This document shows positions 53,380 through 64,000 of a stretch of 64,000 bases of DNA, piece by piece. Origin of the DNA: Paraspadella gotoi (lineage: Eukaryota > Animalia > Chaetognatha); NCBI GenBank assembly GCA_051294375.1, contig CM119265.1, positions 11,285,818-11,349,817 on the forward strand. Reading direction: 5' to 3'. A program made the position numbers and the translations under genes. The notes beneath the pieces were generated by a model. The model was not told where the DNA came from, ran no database searches, and saw only the letters and a list, made by a program, of their open reading frames with translations. How positions within the stretch are numbered: position 1 is the first letter of the stretch; each line of letters starts with the position of its first letter.

Positions 53380-55595
53380 ATGCACGGAATGTCTCGTTGG
53401 CGAATAGACGAGTTGGATGACCGAGTCTGTGAGTCGCAGTCCCAAAGATTTCAAGATCGCACTGACTCACCATGGCGAAGTCGGCGCGCCCCCGAAGCCG
53501 ACCGCGTCTTCGATTATGGGCACGGAATTCTCAGAATGGACGAGAAACGTCTCGATAGGGTCAAAAGGATCGTCCGCATCGAAGAAGCGCCGCTGCAAGA
53601 TATGAACTCGATCGTCGATTATCGAAATATCGCGACGGATTCACGGATCGTTACTCTCCAAGAAAGAATCGAGGCCGAGTCGCGAGTGGTCAGTTTTGTC
53701 AATAGATTTAAGGCGGCTTCGGCTCTGGATTCCTCACGGGCGAGATTCGACGTGGAATCCAGGGTGGTCCAGATGCAGACACGTCAAGACGAGTCCTGTG
53801 ATGTTTATTTCGAGGAAAAAGATCCTGCAAGGGCGATTGCGGATGAAAGGGTCGGCTCGAGGTTCGAGACGCAGCGAAGCGTGGAAGTCGGGTCCAAAAA
53901 GAAAAATCTAGGATTTAGAAACGCGGCTGGATTAAAAAATGACAGAAGAGACAGGCCCTCTCAATTTGTTGCTGATCGGTGCAGATTTGACAGCGAATCC
54001 AGACCAGAAAGTTTCGGCACTAAGCTTAATGATTTGGACGATCGCCTGGAGTCATTCAGAAAATCTCAGCTCTTTCGTGACTTCGTTTCGAGCGAAGATT
54101 CTTCTGGGGAAACGGTGCGGGTCGTTCCTCCCCTACAATCCCTGGACGCTCTCACGAGTCCCGCCGTCAAGGTGTCATTTTTCGTTCTTTCTCGTTTTTT
54201 TTTCTTTTGCAATCATCAATCACTGTCGTTAGACATTACCTCTCATATCTTTTCATCACGTTTTCTTGACGATCCAAGGGCCTCCCGCCATCAACGACTC
54301 CGCCGAGAACCCTTCAGATCATTAGCGAAATGATGCTCTCGATCAAAATATCCAATAATGATTTTAACCGGCCAAGAGATGTTTTTGCCAAGGCCGCCAG
54401 CCAATTAGGTGTCAATTGGGACGGATTTTTTAAGGGTACAAACCGAAATCTAAAACTTGAAATGTGCTTTTTAATAAATTCACTTCTGTCCTTGTCTTTT
54501 TTCTCGTTTCCCTATTTTTTCTTTTCCTCATTTCTCGCTATGATAGTCGGTAAGTATCACTTGACGATCGAAGACGTCTCGGTCGCCGTCTCGAAAGGCG
54601 CGACGGTCGCGGAGGCGGAGAAGGAAGCTTTCGCGTCCTTCGTGGATGCGGCGATTCGGAGCGACTTCGCCTCGATCGTCGACGCCGGCGACGAACGTCG
54701 CCTTCTTCTTTTCGCGGATTTCGAATTCGCGTCTATTGGAGCCTTCCGCTACGATCTTCTCTGCGTCGAACGCCGATTGGCGCCCGATCAACTTCCGGTC
54801 TGTGAGTATTGTCGCGAACGGGGGCACGTTGTGCAGTTTTGCGAGACTAGGAAGGCGATCAAGCGGTTGGTCGAGGAGCAGCAGAATTGTTCAAAGATTC
54901 AGGGTGAGAAATCTCAAGTTGTTGGTTACGACAAGAAAAATGGTTGTTCACCTAATAAAGAGCTAAATGATTCAAGTTTCAGTGGAGAATATTCAAAGGA
55001 GTTTTCTGACAAGGTCCGATCCACTGCCGACAGTGGGCAAAATAACTCCAGGGATTTCTTGACCTCGAAGACTCCTGACTTGGGTTCCCCGACTCATGAT
55101 CCACTTTTGTTTGGAAAAGAAATTTTCAGTACGTTGCCGTCTCCTTTCCCTGTTAACTCGTTCTCCCCGTTGCATAAAATGGCGGATAATTATCGTCAAC
55201 TCTCAAATGAAATCATCTTGGGTTACGGCGGAGATGCCGGCGGGAACAAGTCTGTAGTTTTGTCATATGGAACCAAATCCAAAGATGCTCAGAGCTCTGC
55301 CACTCATATTTCTCAAGTCTATGATGCAAAATTTTCGAGCGTTATTGGTGGAAGCTTCGAATATGGCACCCAAGTTAACGCTCTTGGAAATTATCCACAG
55401 TTCGGGGAAGGTATCAAAGGAGTCAACGCTGTAGTCTCCTTCAACGGAGTCCCCGCCCCAGAAGACTTAAATCATGGAAGACAATTGGCTCCGAGGCAAA
55501 AGGTGAACGAACTGGAACGAAAGGATCAGAAAAGACGACAAAAAATTGCGCCTTACACTTCGAGGATCCGAAAAAATCTCATTTCTCTCGTTTAG
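53380..55595 (+). CDS. Uncharacterised protein with a degenerate dsRBD-like segment and a CCHC zinc knuckle (probable exons ~53380-54171, 54279-54435, 54547-55595)
   Basis: Phase-consistent GT-AG introns join ORFs 53365 and 54330. CEYCRERGHVVQFC fits CX2CX4HX4C. PRDVFAKAASQLG...YHLTIEDVSVAVSKGATVAEAEKEAF resembles a dsRBM fold. Confidence 0.65.
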
Positions 55596-55868
55596 TTTTA
55601 TGTAGCCTGTCTTATGTCCATTGTCCATTTTCCAATGTCCATTGTCCTGAGTCAGGAGCAAGTTAGCTTTTTTATTGAACGATTGGATAACTTTTTTATT
55701 GGTTATACCAATTTTATGTAGAATTAACGCTTGTCTCCTATTTTTATACTGCAAATCCAAACTAATAAAATTCATCCGAAAATTCCGAAAAATTTATAGT
55801 ATTTAATGATTACAAAATTGGTTTTTAGTAATATGAAATATTTTTTTATTAGCCGTTAGGCTTTTTTA

Positions 55869-58812
55869 ATGGTATTTTTGGCCATGGAAGTCAATGCGGA
55901 AAATACTGAGGCGGAACCCGCGGAGCCTCGGAACAAAAAACTCGAGTTTCAGTGCGACGTTTGTCAGCGAAAATTCTCCATCAAGAGCGAATATCTCCGC
56001 CACAGCACGATCGTCCACTCGGACCACCGACCCTTCAAGTGCGCCATCTGCGGCAAGGGTTTCAAACTCAAGGGAGACCAAAACCGCCACCTCCGTACCC
56101 ACGACACCTCGCGGCCCTACAAGTGTGTCCTTTGCGGCAAGGGCTTCTGTGATTCCGGCAACCTCCTCCGCCACGAACGCTGCGTCCACGACAAAGTGGC
56201 CGCCAAAAAATACAGCTGCGACGTTTGCGACAAACAGTTCTACCGCGCGGATCGGCTGAGGCGCCACGAGATGGCGCATTCGGACGAGCGGCGGTGCGAG
56301 CGCTGCGGTCGAGCCTTTTTCGATCCGATCAAACTCATTCGTCACAAGTACAACGTTCACTGTGACAGAATGGGGATCGCCGGGAGGAGGAAGAGAGGGA
56401 GGCCGCCGAAAACAGTCAAGCCGACGGAGGAATCGATCAAGAGGGAGGTAGAGGACGGCTCCTTACCCGAACTTACCTTCGATGACAATCAACCGCCGCC
56501 GTTCGACGAGGCGTGCCGCGTCGAACCAAAGTTCGAGGATACAAAGTTCTTTACCGATGCCTCGACCGATGAAGTGGGTGACGTCGATAATGGAATCGAC
56601 ATTGGCGTCACCTCCATCTGTTTAGATCTCTTGTCTAAGAATCTCTTTACTGACGATGAGTCGGCGGCTACGACTCGAGAGGAAGATGTCATGTCGAGAG
56701 AAAGCGGAGAGAGGTAGGGGAGGAAAATTAAGCTAGAACTAGTAGTCTAGTATCATTTGAATTCGTAGTAGTATTTATTTAGTATTTATTTATTAAAGGT
56801 TATTCCTTTACAATTTATAAACTATAAAATGATTTTAATTTCTCCCTTATCCCCCCTCCAGCCAAGCCTCCGGAGCCCAGACTAGAGTCTGCGAATTGTG
56901 CGGAAAGACTTTCGAACGCTTGGAGCTTCTTCGTAAGCACTTCGCCATCCACGACGACATGACCGAAAAGCCTTACAAGTGCTTGAAGTGCGAAGTATCC
57001 TTCCCTCGCTCCAACAATCTCCGTCATCACGAGCTGCGCTGGCACGAGGGACGCCGAGAATTTTCCGTGCGGCAGCAGCGGGGGATCCGCGGCGCCATTC
57101 GGCTGCGACCGCCGCTGCTCTCGCCTGAGGAGAGGGAAGATAAACGACGATCGAAAAAGGAGAGAAAGATGCCGGGACGAGAGAGGAAGAAACTTAATTC
57201 CGGGAAGAAAAAAATCGTCGGCGAAACTGTGTCCGGCGCCGACTTTTCCTCCGTCAACACTTCCGTCGATGGCACCTTTAACGCTTGTATAGACGGCGCT
57301 TTTAACGCGACCGTCGCCGTCTCCTCCGGTCGTCTCCTCGATTCGGCTTCTATTTTTCCAGCGTCGAACAACGATTCAGCCGAAAATGGCGCCGGTTTTG
57401 ACGTCTACGAGGAACCAGATTCGTCCGTCGGCGCCATTATTCAATCTTGCAATCTTAGACATTACGAACAATACTGGAGCGAGGGTTTGAGAGCGTGGTA
57501 TGGACGACCTGCCGATGAGGAATTGCCGAAGGAACAAATCCATCCTGTCGCCGAGGAGAATCGAACGAACGGCGCCGACTACAAGTCGGGATCTCTCGAT
57601 CGTTCGCCCAATGATCTTCGAATCGATTGTTCCGAAGCGGGAGGAAATTCTGTTCGAAACACAGACATTCTTTCCCCTCCATGGAGCGAAACGGGAAGAG
57701 CGAACCCAGTCAGCGAAATTGAACCGGCGAACAACGAACTTTGCGGTTTGGAGGACAGCGAAACGAAAAACCTCTGTCATCTTTGCGGCAAAGGATTCGC
57801 CCGCGCAAGTCTTCTCCGGATTCACGTCCGGCGCCACACTGGGGAAAGACCTTTTCAGTGCCACGAATGCGGCGTGGCTTTTATAGACAACTCCAAGTTG
57901 CGCATTCACAATCGGTACTGGCACAAACCCCGAAAAGTATCAACGATGATAAATGTCGTCGGCGAGCAAGTCGGGACGACAGAAGTTGATTCTGTGGTTG
58001 CCGATGATCCTAGCACAATTTTAGACTCCAGTCTTCCTACTGAAGCGCCTCATTGTGAAATCCCTCAAGCATCCGGTTTTAAAAAATATAAGGCGAATGG
58101 AGTTCAACCCCGATTCGCCTGCAACAATTGCGGCAAAGGCTTCAAGTTGAAGGGAGATTTGAATCGACACTTGAGGATCCATCTCAACTATCGTCCTTTT
58201 AAGTGCGGCCAATGCCAAGCGGCCTTCAGCGACTCGGGCAACCTCCTTCGCCACAAACGCTCCGTCCACGACGAAATTCCCCGTTGTAAGTGCGATTACT
58301 GCGGCAGGACCTTCTCCCGATCCGATTTGCTCAACAACCACTTGATTATTCACGAGGGCGAAGAAATGCGCAGAACCGTCAAGCGACCCAAACCGAAAAA
58401 GTGCCCACTCTGCGGCAAGGTCTACTCCCGCTCCAATTTGCTCACCAACCACATGAGGACCCACACCGGCGAAAAGCCTTTCCGCTGCGACGAGTGCGAC
58501 ATTGACTTTTACGACTGCAATCAACTCCGGCGTCACGAGCGGAGGTGGCACGAGCAGCAGATCGCCAGGCAGCGAAAGACCAAACCCAGGGACATCGCCA
58601 GGAGGGAAAAGATGGGACGGGTCAAGCGGAAGATCGGACGCCCGCGTAAGTTGGGACTGAGGGATGGAGACGCAGCCGACGCCAATCCGGGAAAGGAGAA
58701 TCGCGGAGATCCTTATCACGTGACGAATAGGGCGATGGTGAAAGTCGAAGGGACAATGGAGGAGTTTAAGAGGGAAATCGACGCCATAGACGAGGAGCTA
58801 GAATTGGCGTGA
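55869..58812 (+). CDS. C2H2 zinc-finger protein 'ZnF-B', intact two-exon gene (55869-56713, 56862-58812)
   Basis: Clear paralog of ZnF-A, sharing HMRTHTGEKPFRCDECDIDFYDCNQLRRH and RREKMG.VKRKIGRPRK and the same phase-2 intron. Confidence 0.92.
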
Positions 58813-59386
58813 ATGGGGAAAACTGAAGAGTGTACGTGAGAGTGCACGTTTCTTTCTAGTCAAATCAGTAGAACCAGGGAATTAATATATAGGAAACCTT
58901 TTGGTTTTTAATTTAGATTAGTTTTCACCAGTATTTGTTCGTTTTTATCGTCGCAATCGCTAAGCGTTTGCGACGATATTGTAACGCTTTTGCGCATAAG
59001 CGTTCCAAATTATAGATCGCCTTTTTTATGATTAAATTTGGGTGTATGAAGCTGAAAATTTATATACAGCTTCTCATAATTGATGTGCTTAAAATTGAGT
59101 CTGGACAGTTATTAAATATGTTTTGTTTACGTTTTATCAAAACAATCAAATTTTCTCTCTTTTATTTTCATATTTCTCTCTCTCTCTTTTTTCTTTCAAT
59201 TACATGTCTCTCTCCCTCTCTCTTTTCTGGCTCTGCAGGGGCTTATACTTTTTCTCTCTTTTCTCTCTTTTCTTCTGCTGCTTCTGCTGCTGCCTTTTGT
59301 TTTCTTTCTCTGCAGCTGGTTCTGCAGGGGCTCTTTCTTTTTCTCTTTTTTCTCCTGCTGCTTCCGCTGCTGTCTTTTGATTTTTT

Positions 59387-59418
<32 letters not shown>

Positions 59419-59420
<2 letters not shown>

Positions 59421-60405
59421 GCAAGTTGAAAAATTATTGCAAGTTTAAAAAATATGCAAGTTGGAAAAATTATGCAGTGAAAAATTATGCAAGTGAAAAA
59501 ATTATGCAAGTTGAAAAATTATGCAAGTTGAAAAAATTAATGCAGTTATTGCAAAAAAATTATGCAAGTTGAAAAAATTATGCAGTTGAAAAATTATGCA
59601 AGTTGAAAAAATTATGCAAGTTTGAAAAATTATGCAAGTTGAAAAAATTATGCAAGTTGAAAAAATATGCAAGTTGAAAAAATTATGCAAGTGAAAAAAT
59701 TATGCAATTAAAAAATTATGCAAGTTGAAAAATTATGCAAGTTGAAATTATGCAAGTTGAAAATTATGCAAGTTGAAAAATTATGCAAGTTGAAAAAATT
59801 ATGCAAGTTGAAAAAATTATGCAAGTTGAAAAAATTATGGCAAGTTGAAAAATGCAAGTGAAAAATATGCAAGTTGAAAAAATTATTGCAAGTTGAAAAA
59901 ATTATGCAAAGTTGAAAAATTATGCAAGTTGAAAAAATTATGCAGTTGAAAAAATTTATGCAAGTTGAAAAAATTATGCAAGTTGAAAAATTGCAAAGTT
60001 GAAAAAGATATGCAAGTTGAAAAAAGTATGCAAGTTGAAAAAGTATGCAAGTTGTGAAAAAAGTATGCAAGTTGAAAAAGTATGCAAGTTGAAAAGTATG
60101 CAAGTTGAAAAAGTATGCAAGTTGAAAAAAGTATGCAATTGAAAAAGTATGCAAGTTAAAAAGTATGCAGTTGAAAAGTATGCAAGTTGAAAAAAGTATG
60201 CAAGTTTGAAAAAAGTATGCAAGTTGAAAAAAGTATCGCAAGTTGAAAAAGTATGCAAGTTGAAAAAAGTATGCAAGTTGAAAAGTAATGCAAGTTGAAA
60301 AAAGTATGCAAGTTGAAAAATGTATGCAAGTTGAAAAAAGTATGCAGTTGAAAAAAAGTATGCAAGTTTGAACAAGTATGCAAGTGAAAAAAGTATGCAA
60401 GTGAG
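59419..60405 (+). repeat. 18-bp satellite B: (atgcaagttgaaaaaatt)n switching to (atgcaagttgaaaaaagt)n
   Basis: About 1 kb tandem array. Short runs also at ~31275, ~44885, ~51340 and ~62716. Confidence 0.97.
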
Positions 60406-60476
60406 AACATGACCTAATAACGCGTTCGATGGCAACGGAAACATTACGTGTATACAAAAAATCAACATGAGCCAAT

Positions 60477-61909
60477 TAAGGGGTGAATTTAGGCAAAATT
60501 TTTTTCTTAAATAGGTAATAGACAATTTTTTGGTTTACCTAGTAGTTAACTGAATAAAAGTAGGCAATTTTTAATTGAGGAAAGGAGCTTTAAAACTAAG
60601 ATATAACTGACAAACTTATGATCTAATTTGCTAAGATTTAAAAGGGAAATATTATCTTTAATAATTTAAAACCAAATAATATTAAATTAAATTTAAAATT
60701 AACAAAATAACAAAATAGGATATTTTTTGGTATTAATTTTTAAACAAAATCTTTATCAACTATAAAACTTTAATTTGCTCAACATTGAAATTCAATTAGT
60801 TTTAGACCAAATATTTTTAGAATATTTTTAATGAAAGACAAAATAATTTTGTAAAAAAAAATTAATAGCTAAAAATATTTATTCAGATTTAACCAAGTTT
60901 GGTGACAGGGGTTGGAGTCCATTATATAGTTGGTTTTAATTAAGATAATCATTTTTCAGAATGTTCAAAAATGTCATTTTTTATTTTAAGTTAAAATCTT
61001 TGTTAATGATGAAAAAATAGAAGGAAAACTTTTTTGGATTTTCTTATTTAAAAATCTATTAATAGAGAAAAAAAATTAACAACAATGTTTTTTATTATGA
61101 TTAAACATACATGTTTCGACTTAATTTGCAAATCTTTTTATCAGTGCTTATTTAGTTTTGATAGTACATAATTTTTTGTTTTACAAGTAAACAGTGAGAG
61201 GGATGGAGGGAAAGAGAGAGAGAGAGAAAAAAATAAATGTTTCTAACAAAAAATTTAAAAAATAACAGTGGTCAGTTTTTAGATTTCTTTATTAGAAACA
61301 TTTCTCTCTCTCTCTCTTTCCCTCCGTATCATATTCTGCAAAGAATTCTAGTAAGCTTTGCCATTCTTAATAAGATACAAAATATTTTTGGGCGACTTGA
61401 GTCTTGGGTACATTGTTACATCATCTTTGATCGAGGTTTTAATCTTGTCAATCATATCAGGATACAACTGAATTACGTATATTGCAAATCTCTTTAAATG
61501 TATGCATCCTCATTGTTATTACTAATTTCTTTATTATCTGTTAATTATTGATTTAATTAAATAATATCAATGAATTAATCCTCCTTAATATTTTATTGGT
61601 TCTGGTAGTAGCCAAGTAGATTACAGACTTAATGCTATGCTACTTTTGATAATCATATTTCATACCATCTGGGAAAAGTATTTTTGGGCTTAAAATATAG
61701 TAATAACAAATTGAAAATATAGTTGATAACGAAATTAAAACAATAAAAAAAATATATTGTTTTATTTATCTTTAAAAATAAATATAAGCAAAATATTTTG
61801 ATTCAGAAATTGCCTATCTTAATTAAGAAAAATCATTTCTTTACCTAGGCAATTTCAGAAACACTTTGCTAAGTTAATCAGGCAAAATATTACCTAAGTT
61901 CACCCCTTA
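60477..61909. mobile_element. Non-autonomous hAT-like DNA transposon
   Basis: TIR taaggggtgaatttaggcaa / ttacctaagttcacccctta. 8-bp TSD gagccaat/gacccaat. The empty site is visible in the repeat copy at ~37410-37440. Confidence 0.8.
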
Positions 61910-62754
61910 GACCCAATTTCACGCCGCCGTTGCGAGGCAACGGATAACCGAGATAAACGAGAGTGACCTAATAATGCGTCTCTCTCTCTCTCTCTCTCTC
62001 TTTTTAGTCGGATCTGCTTATCAGCAGATTCCGACTCTATAATTCTGCCAAAAAAATGATGTCCGTCCGTCAGTCCGACTGTCCGTCCCCCCTTAGCAAA
62101 AAACTTCAATTACTCGTGATTGGATGGATGGATTGGTATGAAATTTTGTGTGTGGGTAGGATACTGTGTGATTGAGATGGATATGAAGTTTCAATGGAAT
62201 CGTGCGAGTGGAAATTGGTTTTAATGGAAAAAACAAAAAAAAATCTATTTCACTATTTGAACGCCAATTTCTCATGAGTGGATAGGGCAATTGACTTAAA
62301 ATTTTGTATAATGGTAGGAAAGTGTGTAAATAAAGTTTATAAAGTTTCTATGGAATCGTGCGAGTGGAAATGAGTTAAAATGGAAAAAAGAAAAGTCATA
62401 TCTACTGGAAGTATTTTTACTTAAATTTACTCAGTTTTTTTTTTTTTTTTTTGCTTTTCTTTTGTGAATCAGCAGGGCGCGAACCCGAGTCCTTTGGATT
62501 TTGAGGAGCTCGCGCTACCTCCGGCGCTACCGGACGAGTAAAGGGGCTGTTCAGCTTCTCTCTCTCTCTTTGAATTATATGTCGCTTTCTCTTTCTCTTT
62601 TTCTCCGTCGCTACTGCTTCTGATTCTGATTTGTGACGTAGTCGTTGTCGTCGTTGTTGTCGTCGCATCATAATCCAGGTTAAACCACTCTTCTATTCTT
62701 GCTTGCAACTTCTCTATGCAAGTTGAAAAAATTATGCAAGTTGAAAAAATTATA

Positions 62755-64000
62755 ATCTGACTACCCAAATTGCAAACGCGTTTGCCAGAAATTCGGTTAA
62801 AAAACACTTGTAAAAACGCCACGATTCCAAGAGCGTTGCATCTGAAGAGCTTGTCCTATTCGTTTTATGGCATTTGATAAAGGATTTAATATCAAACAAG
62901 CCAGGGGAAATGCACTACTCATCTCCGGAGAATTTTCAAACCTCATTTTTACTATAGAAATGAAAGGGAAAGTTTACAAACTTAAAATTGCAAACGGGAT
63001 TGCTATATGTTCCTGTTACATGAGCAACTTCGAATTTCGCAATTCTGATAGCTTTGTGTCTGAAGAGCTTGTCCTATTTTTCTTTTTTCATTTTTTATTA
63101 ATGATTTTGACATAAAATGATCAGGTTTAAATGAAATAGTCCGGTTTGAATCGCGAAATTTTTATTTAAAAAGAAATTAAAAGGAAGGTTGAGAAAAAAA
63201 CTGATTTTTCCTAATATCTTTTGAAGGAATAAAGATAAAGGGATGGCAATAGTACCAAAATGAAGCCATAATCATAGGGCACATACAAGATACAATTTTA
63301 GAATTACTTATGCTGAAACCTCCTTTTAGGTGAGTGTCAAACTCAGTCAAAATTATAATGAATTTTAAAACTAATGACAACCCCATAAGAATAAATGAAA
63401 ATTTAATTCTTTTAATGATTCTGAAAGAAAAAAGGCTAAATTGTACTCTAGTCAAACTTTAAAGTTTTTTGGATAAAGAAAATGTGAATTTTTTGTCACT
63501 TTGCTTGTCTGATTTTACAAGCATGCTTACAAAATTCTACAAAATATTATTCACCCATCACAGCCTAAGTATTTATCTTTCTTTTTCCACCAGCAAAAAA
63601 GTAAACATTATTTTATGCTAGAGAACAGGGATATTTACTGAAATGAGCCGGAAGACATTCAACTTCTTCACTTTACTGTCATTTTTCAATAATAAAATAG
63701 GCGAATTTTTTATTATTTAACTCTCACAGGCTTCACAAAACATTATACTTTTATAATATCCCAATTTTAATGTAATTTATTATATTTTTTACCCAGTATC
63801 ATAAAATAACAGAAAGTTGTGGATTCCTTCGCTCGTTTAAGAAAAATATAACTAACGGAATTATAAGTTTGTAAGAGGAAGTCAGAATCGGGCAAATCTT
63901 AAAAGGCGAGAATGTTGAAAAAAAGGGTTGGAATTTTGATTGGTTTCCTAAGATTTCTCCACAATGTGAGGTCCGATTAAAGGGAAACTTGAGATTTACA
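62755..64000 (+). repeat. Interspersed repeat family R (possibly Helentron-derived), with copies or fragments at 328-496, 1240-1530, 4130-5240 and 23501-23865
   Basis: Long shared blocks such as ggcatttgataaaggatttaatatc...ccaggggaaatgcacta and cggaattataagtttgtaagagg. The 328-496 copy ends in a hairpin and a DINE-1-like terminus ctatagcggcttcttatt. Confidence 0.75.

Noticed and set aside
59419-60525. Long minus-strand ORFs (FSTCII/FNLHTF repeats)
   Set aside because: Translations of satellite B.

Overview
Animal (metazoan, probably invertebrate) genomic DNA, not prokaryotic. Compact gene islands with short GT-AG introns (mostly 60-110 nt), all on the + strand, lie in AT-rich spacers full of transposon debris. 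Genes: ARFGEF/BIG1-2 (Sec7 Arf-GEF), syntenin, the 3' end of TMF1, an unknown dsRBD-like/CCHC protein, and a family of two-exon C2H2 zinc-finger genes (two intact, two in pieces, one remnant). The spacers hold Helentron/DINE-1-like elements, Penelope-like remnants with minimal hammerhead ribozymes, a tRNA-bearing TRIM, hAT, Tc1 and CACTA/Transib-like elements, and two related 18-bp satellites. Main observation: several genes are cut into non-overlapping pieces that keep the same strand but occur in descending order along the window. The pieces rejoin almost base-perfectly, with 0-9 nt microhomologies. Reading the blocks right to left rebuilds one coherent compact cluster: TMF1, dsRBD/CCHC gene, ZnF cluster, syntenin, BIG1. 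This could be ciliate-like gene scrambling in an animal, Helentron- or circle-mediated shuffling, or an assembly artefact; the window alone cannot decide.
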